DNA of 64,000 bases from Negaprion brevirostris. Its lineage: Eukaryota. The notes beneath the pieces are model-generated. The model saw nothing but the letters and a program-made list of their open reading frames with translations. It was not told the DNA's origin and did not search any database. Positions within the stretch are counted from its first letter, which is position 1. The number at the start of each line of letters is the position of its first letter. Location: assembly GCA_030324005.1 (NCBI GenBank), contig JARDVH010000115.1, forward strand, positions 72,602,439 to 72,666,438. Direction: 5' to 3'. The position numbers and the translations under genes are program-made. Of this stretch, positions 1 through 13,400 are shown piece by piece.

Positions 1-378
1 ACGATCTGCCTTTAACAAAGCCATGCTGACTACTTTTGATCATACTATACTTCTCTAAATGTTCATAAATCCTGTCTTTCAGGATCTTTTCCATCAACTT
101 ACCAACCACTGAAGTTAGACTCACTGGTCAATAATTTCCTGGGCTATCTTTATTCCCTTTCTTGAATATAGGAGCCACATTCGCAATCCTCCGGAACCTC
201 TCCCGTCTCCATCGATGATGCAAAGATCATCGCCAGAGGCTCTGCAACATCTTCCCTTGCCTCCCACAGTAACCTGGGGTACATCCCATCCGGTCCTGGT
301 GACTTATCTATCTTGATGCTATTCAAAAACTCCAACACGTCCTCTTTCTTAGTGTCCACACACTGAAGCTTTTCATCC
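1..378 (-). mobile_element. CR1-clade LINE ORF2 fragment
   Basis: IKIDKSPGPDGMYPRLLWEAREDVAEPLAMIFASSMETGEVPED, a typical CR1 pre-RT region. Confidence 0.85.
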
Positions 379-453
379 ATGATCTTATTGAGTGGTGGAG
401 GAGGCTCGAGGGGCCAAATGGCCTACTTCTGCTCCAGTTCTTATGTTCTTATG
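377..453 (+). mobile_element. CR1 LINE 3' tail
   Basis: ccatgatcttattgagtgg...ggctcgaggggccaaatggcctact...ttcttatgttcttatg. Confidence 0.75.
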
Positions 454-814
454 AGAGATTGCAGATGATAAACCGAACAGCATTATTGTTAGTTTATCTG
501 GGTAAAATATTATTGTATTTTTGTGAAACAGTTGAATCCAGTTTCTAGTGAATCATAATTTCTTGCCGTAGTTTGATATGGTCAGTAATTTTGTTCTTTA
601 GTCTTTGTATTTTACGAATTCTCATTCGGACAGGCAGAGTGCAATGTCTTGCTTTGTTGATCACCAATATACAAATATGACAGCATGAAAAACTGTGATC
701 TCTTCATAACATCTTAAAATTCCAGAACTTTGTAATTAGAGACATACTTTCCAATCTACCAGTACTTTGTTGCTATCTTGGGGCACCAGTATACACTTTA
801 AAATTGGTTTCTGC

Positions 815-993
815 TCTCCCCTTAGAGTGCTGACTGGTGGTGATTTAACCTGAGGTCAGCACGCCTTGGGCTAGGGACAAAATTGAGAAAATGGGGCCTT
901 AATGAATAACCTCAGCTGATATTGGAATTGAACCCACACTGTTAGTGTCACACTGCATCACGAATCTTCTATCCAGCCAACTAAGTTAACCAG
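815..993 (-). mobile_element. tRNA-derived SINE (family distinct from the V-SINEs)
   Basis: - strand ggttaacttagttggctgg (A-box-like) ... gggttcaattcc (B box). Confidence 0.55.
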
Positions 994-1233
994 CATAAAT
1001 TATCTATATATAAATTGGTATAGCTATGAAGCTTTATGTAAAAGGATTTTAGGTTTGTTCTGCGTGGGAACCTGTGTTATAGAAACAAGACATTAGCCTT
1101 TTCTGGTGAAAGTGCAGAGTGATTTGATTTGGTCATTGTTATTTATTCAATGTTTTAAATGCCAAAATTTCATCACATGCAAAATGTAGAAAAAATTTCT
1201 GCTTCCTTTGCGTTCATTCATTCTGTTCCATAG

Positions 1234-1425
1234 GTGCAAGATCTCTGACCATGGTTCAGAAGCGAAATGTGACATTGTACCAAGCATTGTGTGCCATCAA
1301 ATATGCCATATATGCACTCTGTATAAATGCACATCAGCCAGCAGTGTGTAAGGACTGTCCATATTGGTCTTTGGATGCAGCTGTTAAAGACGTTTCATTT
1401 GAAAATGATCAATTATATAGTCAAG
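1234..1425 (+). CDS. ZFYVE26: ZFYVE26 exon (first in window)
   Basis: ccatag|GT...CAAG|gtaaa; [34 protein letters not shown]. Confidence 0.85.
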
Positions 1426-4400
1426 GTAAACGAAGTGCCATTCTTCAGCGAGCAATTATTTATTGTACCTTCCCTTTTCCATTCATGTAGGGTTTTAAAA
1501 AGTGTCTGGGTGGATTTAAATGATTTAATTGCTTTTAATTTTTCTGAGTATTGCGTTAAACATCTCCATTAAACAACATAATCCCTTAGGCTGTGTTGAT
1601 GATGCACTGTCTACACTTTCTAAATGACAGTTATTCAATTCAAAGTATTTTAATACTGAAATTGAAGTGTAACCATCTTTCAATTCGATGTCATTTAGCT
1701 GAAAAAATACATCTTGGCAGATTTGAAGCAAGTTGAATTTCCTTTTTTTTGGATGATGGAATTTTCTTTTACATTCTAGCTACGTAAACAATGAAATTAA
1801 TTTTTAGGAATTGGAAGAATGACTTCTGAGACAGCAGAAACTCTCAGCTCCCTCACTAGGATAGTGCAGTGGTTAGCACTGCCACCTCACAGCTCCAGCG
1901 ACCCGGGTTCGATTCCTGACTTGGATCACTGTGTGGAGTCTGCACATTCCTGTCCGTGTCTGTGTGGGTTTCCTCCCACATTCTGAAAGATGTGCTGGTT
2001 AGGTGCATTGACCTGAACAGGCGCCAGAATGTAGTGACTAGGGGAATGTCACAATAACTTCATTGCAGTATTAATGCAAGCCTTACTTGTGACTAATAAA
2101 TAAATACCCCCAGTCCACTCCAGTATGTTTTTTTTATTTGAAGTCATGACTTGTGGTGGGGTTTGGTTCATCAGCACAACTGCCAATTGATAACTAAGTG
2201 ACTATCCTTGAATAAGCTAGACTGAGGTCACTGGAAAACAAACAGGGAACACAAGTGATTTATAGTCTGCCCTTTCTTGTTACCCTCTGAAGGGGCCACA
2301 CAGTCTCTCGTATGACTTGTGCAGCGACCCATCCTGAGATTAGCTGATACAGCAGAAATGAAGCCTTAAACATGGGATCTTCTTTCCCTTGTGACTGATT
2401 TCTGCAGGAAATGCCGTAGTGACTATCTGAACGACCAGAATAGCTTGAGCTGGATTCCTTCTACATTACAAAATGTTGACAATCTTTTATCAGCAGCTGT
2501 GAATGAATACGGTTCTCGGAAGTAACGCATTAACTTTGTTTACTTGAACAGGTTGTTCTCCAGTTTTCAAGTTGTATTTATCCAGGTGCCAGAAGCTTCT
2601 GCACATGATCCCTGCTCCTTTCCGATTGGAGGTGTTGGAGGATATCTTCTCATTATTATTCTTGTCCTACAATGACCTCTATGGGAATAAAACAGATCAT
2701 GAAGGACAATTTGCCCTTGAAGAAGAGGGAGACACTGATCAAATCCAGCCAAGAGTGGGCTTTGACAGTATTGTAGAACACTTGGAATCCACAGCTGATG
2801 TTGTGGATAATGATATTGTGCGTTGTGAGCACTTGAGCACTGGGGTAGATGAGAAGGTAGCACAAAACAGCTCAGGAGTCCTTCATAATGGCTGCATGCA
2901 GAAGCCCAGGATGACAACCTTTATGCCCGGGTCTGCAGAAAATAATCCGACTGAACAGTTGGAATATCTCAATCTGAGGCATTTTACCATGAACACAAAC
3001 AATGGGAATGACTTTTTAGTGAATGCATTGACGATGAACATATTTCTGGAGATGATAAAGGATCAGCTGGAGGCAATGAAATGCCATATTCCTTGGATGC
3101 CTGGGAATGTGCCGAAAGAAGATGTGCAGCTTGTGGAATGCCTGAATTGTTCAGTTAGTGCAGACTCTTTCAGCAGCCGATTAAACCAGCTTTCCAGATT
3201 CATCTGTGAAGCCCAATGGAGGTACAAAGTAGTAACAAGCAATAAAACGACTGGTAAGACTTCTGTCAATATTGAATATCTATGGCAAACACCCAAAATT
3301 GGCCTGAGTTGCACTCTAGGTGAAATGTTTTTCCACTTTATTGTTCCTCATTCTTTTCCATGAGTAGTGTAATAGTATTAATATCGTAGAAGCAAACTTG
3401 TTCCCCTCTTCTCCAGAACCCATTATCTCGTGGTAAAGTATGATTCCAAAGAAACATGGGAGCCTGCCAATATCCTTTCAGCTATGAAATCATGGGTGGA
3501 AGATCTAAGTTATGATCACTATCCCTCAGATGCTTTACTTGTCCCATTTCATTCCCTGAAAGTAGATTCAGCACAGCATCCTTCTCCTGCTGGGCTAGAC
3601 TCTGGTTCACTAAGTTATCTGATAAACATTTTGGGAATTCCTTTACACTGTTATCATTCCAATCTATCTAAGGATATATGTGATGGCAATGATTTAAGAT
3701 GATAATTGGAAAATTGTCTACACACTTTAACACAAGGTGGTAACTCCGGAGTAAGAAAACTCATGAATGTCAAAGGAATGAAAACACATTTTTATTGGAC
3801 ATGGGGGTGGAGGGGGAAGGGTAGGCAGGAGAGTTCTAAACTCNNNNNNNNNNNNNNNNNNNNNNNNNNNNNNNNNNNNNNNNNNNNNNNNNNNNNNNNN
3901 NNNNNNNNNNNNNNNNNNNNNNNNNNNNNNNNNNNNNNNNNNNNNNNNNNNNNNNNNNNNNNNNNNNNNNNNNNNNNNNNNNNNNNNNNNNNNNNNNNNN
4001 NNNNNNNNNNNNNNNNNNNNNNNNNNNNNNNNNNNNNNNNNNNNNNNNNNNNNCCCCTAATTGCTATATAATAAATTGCTAAAAGTGAGCATGTGTGGAT
4101 GTCACTTGAAGACTTGGTTGAGCTTAGATCTTATACCTATGATTTCATAGCCTAAAAGGATATTGGCAGTCTCCCAAGTTTCTTTGGAACCATACATAAT
4201 CACGAGTTAATGGATTCTGGAGAAGAAGGGAACAATATGGTTTCTTGTTTTTGTGATATTGATAAATTACTTGTTTCATCGGCTTTAATCTCTGGTTCCT
4301 GGACTGAGATACATCTGGGACTGTTTATAATCTTAAAAGTGCTATCTAAATGCAAGTTGATGTTGCTGATACTCTGTCATGAGTTATATATAATCAGCAG

Positions 4401-7400
4401 TGTTTTTTTTTGTTTGTAGAAGGTGACTTGCCTTGCTTCACTAAAAAACACCCACCCCGGTCAAAGCACTCCACACTGAAGAGAAGAAGCAGAGTACGAA
4501 GAAACAGGATGGGTAAAAAAATGCTATATTCCCCTCCTTCAGTTGTTTTCTTCCCCCTCTTGCTTTTTTCTCTCACTTTTGTTCCTCTTCTTGAAGTTGA
4601 ATGTAATGCTGCCCCTTCACTTGTACAGTAAACTGTCCTCACACACTCCTGATACCCCACGTTTGTCCGTTCCTTCTTGTTGTTTGCCCAAAAACTCTTG
4701 GTCATCTCTGGCCCCTTGTACCAGTGATGTGGCTGGTTCCTATAGTGTTGTTTCTTTCTCACCACAATTTATTTCCTGTCTCAATAGAGCATCGAGCCAG
4801 TTCACACTTGACAGTGGAAAGCGTGAGTGGAGATTTAAGTACCAGCACCTCAGGTATGTTAATTGTTACACAAAAGAATTTCAAGAATTGCGTCAGTGAG
4901 ATTTTATTTGTGTCGTGTTCATGTGTCAAAGCCAGCAAGCCCAACGGTGAAGTTTTACAGAGTTACCAGACTTTAATTTTCTGTAATAAGCAACTGCAGT
5001 GCTGTGGGGAAAGGACATATACACTCATCTGGCTTGGATGTAAACATCCTCCTTTTCACCCAATTAAGTTGGCAACAAATCAATTGGGTTTGTTGTGCAA
5101 TTCTTTCTTGTCTCCTGGCATTGAGGTGAGGGTGTGTCCTGTGGATTTGCACTGCCAAGTGATGCAATTAATTTGTTGTTTACTATCTCTTTTTTAGCAG
5201 GGAGGAGTTGAGTATAATTTTAGCAAAGTTTAAAAAAAATTGGTCACATATCATGCGCCTTGGTGTCATTGTCCCATTGGCACCCTTTATCCACAAACGA
5301 AGGTGGGCGAGCAGCAAATGATCCATTTAGGTGGGGGTGGTTTTAGAATCATACAATCCCTACAGTATAGAAGGAGATCGCTCGGTCCATCAAGCCAGCA
5401 CCGACAAGGGGTCAGAGATGACCTAGGCCCTATCCTTGTCCCTGTTTACCCTCTTAGTTCTCCTAATGCTAAGGGCAATTTAGTATGGTCAATCAACTTA
5501 ACCCACACATCTTTGGATTGTGGGAGGAACATCCAGAGGAAATCCGCACTGTCATGAGGAAAATGTGCAAATTCCACACAGACAGTGACCCGAGGCTAGA
5601 ATTGAACCCGGGTCCCTGACCCTGTGAGGCAGCAGTGCCAACCACTGTGCCATCTTATGTTGCACTTTGCTGATGTCTGTNNNNNNNNNNNNNNNNNNNN
5701 NNNNNNNNNNNNNNNNNNNNNNNNNNNNNNNNNNNNNNNNNNNNNNNNNNNNNNNNNNNNNNNTGTGGTGAACACTAATCGACAAGGCAGTGTCACCATT
5801 TACCTTTGCCGTTAGCTAGGGCCAATAGTCGATGTTTAGGATCCTCATGATGTCTCATTTGCAATCAGCTTTGAAGTGGAGCTGTGGACGTCTGACTTTG
5901 GCTGCTTCACCATGTAGAAAGTCCTTGGGTACGTGGCTGTCTTCCACCCTGCGGACATATCTGAGCCAGTGAAGCTGCGTCTGTTTGATGAGTGCCAACA
6001 GGCTTAAGAGATCAGCCTTTGAGAAGACTAGCACATTTCTGATTTTGTGCTGGCAAGATATACCCGCAGACAGCTAAGATGCACGTGGCTGAGTATCTTG
6101 ATAGCTGTAAGTTGTCAAAGTCCCACACATACAAAGTAAGGTGCTGAGAATGCAGGTCTTGTGAAGAATCAGTTTGGTTCTGAAATTCTTGAAGGTTTTG
6201 TGAATCAACCAAAGGTGATAGCTTTCCCTATGCACGTATCAAATTCTGCATCAAAGGACAGATTGTCTGTCTATCATCATGGAGGTAGGAGAAATTGCAG
6301 TGGGTGTCATATACTGTGATCAGAAGCAGGGATACAGTAACATGTCAAGAAAACTGCAGTCATGGGACAAGTAGAGTCAAAGAGAACAAGTTAAGGCTTG
6401 GGAGAAACAGCCCATGAATGATGGTAGATTTCCATCGAGGTGAGTAGCGCAGCAGCATCAGTCTAGGGGAGTTCTCTGATCAGGGCACAATGTTTGATCA
6501 AGCATAGAGCTTTCTATCTGTCCTAGTGCGTATCTGCAAGGGTGGACGCTAAAGTTAGAAGCATGAAGGAGAAGATCCCAGGCAAAGTGACAGCCTTATT
6601 TGACACCGTTCTTCACGCTGAAACTATCAAAAGTGTAGCCATCAATGAGTGAATGTAGTCACGGAAAGAGAGGACAAGACTTGGGAGTTTTGGTGGACAG
6701 CCAGATTTTCAGAATCTTGTACAGTCCTGCTCAGCTCTTGGTGTCAGATGCCTTAGTGAGATCTTTGCACATTAGGAGATCAGTTGTGCTCATTGACCTT
6801 AATCTTTACAGATAGTGGGAGTGCCGTAAATCTGGCTGTAACAAATGAACAGGGATCTAAGTCTCAGGTTCCCAGGCGGAATCTTCTTCTTCCAATGATG
6901 CTGGCTCCACCGGAGTCTCTTCTTGTTTCCTGTATTCTGAGAGGAAACTATGCCCAAGCACGTCAGGTAAGCTGAATTCTGTTTCTCAGGTGATCAAATA
7001 ACCATAGAATCCCTACAGTGCAAAAGGAGACCATTTGGCCCATTGAGCCTGCACTGACAACAATCCCACCCAGACCCTATCCCCATAACCCCACATATTT
7101 ACCCTGGTAGTCCCCCTGATGCCAAAGGGCAGTTTTAGCATTGCCAGTCCACCCAACCTGCACATCTTTGGACTGTGGGAGGAAACCAGAGCACCTGGAG
7201 GAAGCCCATGCAGATGTGGGGCAAATGTGTTGATTCTGCACAGTCAGCCGAGGTCAGAATTGAATCTGGGTCCTTGGCACTGTGAGGCACAAGTGCTAAT
7301 CACTGTGCCACCCTAATGTCCATCTCTTGACTATAAACTAGAGTTTGCAAATAAAGTAAGTATGGAATGGATATTCAGGGCCATTCAGATCCTCAGCCTT

Positions 7401-10400
7401 TCCCCTTTCACCCTGGGCAAAAAATATACATTTCAAGTGCTAACCACAGTGATAGTTTCACTGTATGACTATTAACATTGCAATCACTTCTGTACTAGGC
7501 ATTAGCTTTTTTTAAAGCAGGTTTGTGTTTGCTTAACCAATTCTATTGTCGGACCATAACATCCAAACTCTGGGGCAGTGTAACAGGGAAGAGGAGAGGG
7601 ATGCATTGCTGATCTCCCCCATGTTCTCAGGTAAAGATTGTGTGGCAATTTGCTTGGGAAGTGCAAACTTCCAGTGGGCAATTGCCCTGCGCTGGGAACC
7701 ATCTAAAATGTAATTTGAGTGACAGACCTTGGATGGTCCTGATTATGTTAGATCAGTACTTGACCATGGTCTTCACTTCACTGTGAAATTGACTAGTGTC
7801 AAAAGAAGTTTAACAAAATGGAGTTTATAATAAATTTTTATACCACGTTATTAATAGCTCAATGCTGTTTGTTTGTTTTAAGTTAACTGATTTCTCTCAG
7901 GTTTACAGCTGTGAATGTGGTACATTGTGTCACATTTCACTGTTCAGCAGTAAATGACTAAAGGTAGTGATTAACTGTTTTTTGATCTCTTGGCAGGTAG
8001 TGTTGATGTTTGAATTGCAGTCATCTTACAGCTATGGTGAACTGATCTTTATGGAACGGTACCAACAGGTGATCAATGAACTTGCCAAAGTCGAACAGAA
8101 AATGGAGAACAAAGGCATTGACACCACCAGTCGCAAATTAAATGTTGGGAAATTCACACTACAAGCGATTGGTGATGCTGCAGCAGCAGGTAGGTAGCTG
8201 TTTGGTTCCTTGAGAAATATTATTTTTAACACCTGAGTTAACACTTCGAATAACTTATTTGGAAGGATTTTATGGCTTGTCCAGACATCGTAAAATCTCA
8301 CCCACAGTCAACAGACCTATCCACAGCCTGCTGCTTGCCCTCTGATTCCTATGGCGGGCAGGACGGTAAAATTCCAGTCATTGTTTTAATTTTAACTTTA
8401 CAGAAATATTTCAGAAGATTTTAGTTTTCCATGTAGAATTTTAGGGAATATTTTTTCTTTCCTTTCTCAGCTTGCTAGTTGAGTCGGTCTACCACCACGT
8501 ATTGTAATAGGCTAGGTTTGGTGCACAGTAATGTTCATCCTAATATCTTCTCCCTGTATAGGTATGGTGTTTTATTCAATTTCTGATGTTGTTGAGAAGC
8601 TGATTAATTCATCTGAGGTTGCCAACTCAGCGTTGCTGGAGGATTTCTGGAAGAATAAAGCCCAAATTGAACCAACCAGTCCACTCCACGAGATTCTGGA
8701 GGATCTCAGCGGTCCTCCCATGGCTATCTTTGACCTGGCTTGCACCCAGTGCCAGTTGTGGAAAACCTGTAAACAACTCCTGGAGACTGCTGAAAGGAGA
8801 CTTACGGCTACTTTTGAGGCCAAAGGTAGGAGGAACTATTTCTTGAATTGAACCAACATTTCAAAAAGACATTGCCAAGGAAAGTTTGAAGCAGTTGTAT
8901 ATTGTTCCTGATAAGTTTGTGAGTAAACTTGCTTTTGTGAAAGTGACAGAATGATATTGCTATTGACGGAAGGAAAGGGGTGGACACAGAAGTTCTGAAC
9001 ACCAGATTAAAGTCTAACATGTTTATTTGGAAACGCGAGCTTTCAGAACGCTGCTCCTTCATCAGGGGTGGCATGATGGCACAGTGGTTAGCACTGCTGC
9101 CTCACCGCCAGGGACCAGGGTTCAATTCCCAGCTTGGGTCACTGTCTGTGTGAAGTTTACATGTTCTCCCTGTGTCTGCGTGGTGTTCCTNNNNNNNNNN
9201 GGTTGATTGTCCATACTAAATTGACCCTAGTTTCAGGGAGATTAGTAGGGTAAATATGTGGGGTTATGGGCTACGGCCTGGGTGGGATTGGTATCAGTGC
9301 TGGCTCAATGGGTCAAATGGCCCTGTTCTGTAGTGTGGGGATTCTATTCTATAAAATTCTTAGATTTTGTTATGCATAGGATTTATCAGACAGTATAACA
9401 AACTTGGTGCATTAAGATTGAACGTTGCATGCAGGTATTCCGATTAATTGTAAAGTAGATGTTTTCAAATCAGCCCTCCCCTCAAGTCTGAGGCGATCTG
9501 CAATTTAATAGGTTGCTTTGCAGCATTTTGAATCTCAACGTGTAGAAATGAATATTTGAAGTATACATTTAGGAGTTCAGTTTTAACTTTCCCCCACCTT
9601 TTAAAAGAAAACCACCTTCATCCAGATGAAAAAGGATGCTGACACAATTATTTAAGAGTTTATATGCATCATTTAAAAGAAAATCAATAACTGCCAAATC
9701 CACTGATATTATACATTGTGTGCCCTGCAGGCAGAAAGCTTGACTGTGCTCGTCGTCATCCTGATGGAATTCAAGGTTTTCCTACGATTCTCCAACAAAT
9801 GAGCAAGATCCTGAACTATTCCCATAGTTCACATGGACCACCCAAAGCCAGTACAGTAACCTTCCCTGCTTTTAAGATGATGGAAATAGGTTGTAACTTT
9901 CTTTCTTTTTGCTTTTCTTCTCTCCCGCATTTAACTCTTACCAGGCTATTTGCCTCCCAGTGCCTGACCTAAATGACCATCCTTCTGAATGAGCCTTGAC
10001 TGTGCGTGCTGGAGGATTATTTAAGCCTTGGGAATGGTGGAGTCGAGCCTGAGGGTGTCTTCAACATTTTGTCATTCCAGCAGGTGCTGCTGAATAGCAA
10101 TGAAGAGTGGGAGTCTGTTTCCCTCTCTTATCCAGAGGCACACAGCGTACTGCTTCTCTAAGCCAACTCTGCACAGACTGAGATATTTCTGGTTTCTGTG
10201 GCTCGGTGTATTCAAAAAATGAGCCTCTGGGAAATTGCATTGTGCTTTACTGAAAATCCCTGGAAATAGTGCATCTAATGTGCCTGAGATTTGGCCAGCT
10301 TGCTACTTGGGAACAATATGGCAGTTTCAGTTGGGTAAAAATTCACAGGCAAATGCCAAATGTAGCTGCTCTATTAAAAATTGAGAAATGCTTCCAAATA

Positions 10401-13400
10401 TGGTTAGTATGCTTTTTAAACGCTTGGGTTGAAATCATTAAGGGTATGTATAATAATTGGGCTCTAACAAAGTTTAACAGGAAAATTTGAGGCTTTTCCA
10501 GAGTTGGGTGGGTTTCAAAATTACTTTAGTGGCTGTATTTGGATAAACTTGAAATAAAACCTTTGTATGATCAAACTACAGGGCGCGGAATAAAAATGCT
10601 GAAGTTATAACCACTTCCATTCTCCCTCTTCTGCTACCATATGAGTAAACAACTTGGCACAGTATTAAATTTCAATTTGTGCCTTAACTCAGTGTATGCT
10701 AATACCTGTTTATGCTTGCTTTACCAGAAGTCTGCTGATGTTGCTGGTGTTAGATTTTCACCTCGTAAACGCAACTTTTCTTGGCTCTTTTTATTATCTG
10801 CTTGTTCTGAACAGGGTAGTGTGTACGATGCTTTACTCAAGGAAAAACCTGCTTTCTGAGGATAACATAAAGAACCACAGAATGCACTTCACTTTTTAAA
10901 TGGTTTAGAGGAATTGTATTAGTTTTGATAAATCACCTTTTTGTTTGCATTTCAGACATCATCATGAGACAGTATCAAACAGTTAAGAATGATTTCAGGT
11001 GCTAACCAGTGTGTTAAGCTACATACCCAATTCAAGCAAGTTCATTCGAGCTTTAGCTGCGGAATGGTGCGCCAGGATCAGGAATTTAATCCGAAAGGAT
11101 AGGCAGTAAAGTTTGAAAAATATTCAAGAGCAGCATAAGGAGAATTCAGCTTCCACCATGCCCAGCTTAACAAGTGAGACAGTATCCCTTCTGTCAACAC
11201 CTAAAGTAAGGATTCATTTACATCTTGGCATTTGAGAAATAGTGGTATAACCATCATTTTTGCTCTAAAATTTGACAGTAATTACAACATTGACCTATTT
11301 ACTGTCAGTTTGAGTTTTTCACCATGTACTAAACACAAGCAGTAATTCTGGCTGCCAGTATAATTGACAACCCCTTGAGACCTTGATGAGAGGACATTAT
11401 GGCAGTAAATATGACATCCAAATAGCATTCCGTGATTCATTTCAGTTACGATTCCTCATGGTTTTCAGAACAAGTCAAAGCTAATTTAAATTGTACCAAA
11501 GAGCGTAATGAACACAGGAAACGGAGAAAGTAGCAGTCAAGCTGAAAGCGCAGAGCCAATACTAATTACTGAGCTCTTGTTGGGTGCTTTAAATTTAGCC
11601 AAGAAGTCCGTGATTGGCAGCTAGGTCTGAAATCTCATTTCCTTAATGCAATAGCTTCACCAATAGCAGATGATTTGTCCCCATTTCTCGTGTTCTCTGT
11701 TCGTGACTCTTCCAGTTATGACCAGCATGTGCAATCCACATCACTGATAGATTAAAAAACTACGCCATCTCCTGCATTTTCAACTCAACTGCCATGACTA
11801 CTGCAAGTCCAATACAACATTCTGTACGTTTTTGCCAACCTCCTCATTTTGTTGCCTTAGGATTATCCGATCTTTCGGTCTGACTTTTTACTTCATTGGA
11901 GAGGCTCCTCATTGTAGAGAAAGGGGAAGATGTGACTGGAAGTGGTGCCCAGAATACCATTTTTTTGTGGAGGTAGGAATAGGCCCAGGTCATGGTTTAT
12001 GCGTCCACTCAGGTCAGCTTCAAGTTTCACCGGTGCCTGAAATATGACGCATACAGTGTTGATCCGGTAGGAGCATGCCTGAAATTTGTGTATTTGTTTG
12101 AATAGCCAGGGTACAAATCATGGACACCCTACAGTGCAGAAGGAGGCCATTCAGCCCACCGAATCAGCACCGACCACAATCCCACCAGGTCCTATCCCCA
12201 TAACCCCACATATTTACCCCGTTAATCCCTCTAACCGATGCATCCCGGGATACTAAGGGGCAATTTGGCATGGCCAATCAACCTAACCCGCACATCTTTG
12301 GAGTGTGGGAGGAAACCGGAGCACCCAGAGGAAACTCGTGCAGACACGGGGAGAACATGCAAACTCCACACAGATAGTGATCCAAGCTGGGAATTGAACC
12401 CAGGTACCTGGCGCTGTGAGGCAGCAGTGTAACCACAGTGCCACTGTGTCACCCCATAGTGTTGACCATAGAAATCATAGTGTTGTGGTAGAAACATAGA
12501 AACTAGAAGTAGGCCATTTGGCCCTTTGAACCTGCTCTGCCATTCACTATGATCATGGCTGATCATCAGATTCAATATCCTGATCCCCCATTCCCACCAT
12601 ATCCCTTAATCCCTTTAGCCCGGAGAGCTATATCTAATTTATTTTTGAAATCAGACAATGTTTTGGTCTTGTTCCATGTTGACAACATGGTACAGGAGAG
12701 GGGCATGCAAATCAGTTACAATGACACTATGACCAGAATGCCACTTTCTGTCGTGGATGAGGTAGATGAAAAGAAGAAGGAAGCCTCTGTCCATTCTGAT
12801 GATTCCCAAACAGAGGAGAATGAGAAGGCTACAATTGCAGAGTAACTGGGAGACATGGCCATGTACCCTGGGCTGACATAAGAACATAAGAAATAGGAGC
12901 AGGAGTAGGCCATCTAGCCCCTTGAGCCTGCCCCGCCCTGCACTCAGATCATGGCTGATCTGTCGTGGCTCAGTTCCNNNNNNNNNNNNNNNNNNNNNNN
13001 NNNNNNNNNNNNNNNNNNNNNNNNNNNNNNNNNNNNNNNNNNNNNNNNNNNNNNNNNNNNNNNNNNNNNNNNNNNNNAACAGATCTGAATAAATTAGCAG
13101 ATCAGTAGATGTCCTAATCTACCACAGACTGTATCCCAAGTTCTTGACGAGGAGAGGAACAAATTAATCTTTTGCTGGTGAAAATTGTGCATAGGTGCAG
13201 TGGTTTTCTACAATACAGGATCAGAACAGCCTAACTCCAACACCAGAATGACATTTTCATATTTGAGTTCAGTGAATGGTTTCATGGAATTCCTACAGTA
13301 TAGAAGGAGGCCATTCAGCCCATTGAACCTGCACCAACTCTCCTCTGACACCATTTTACCCAGGGCCACCCCTAATCTCCCTAATCTAAACATCTCTGGA

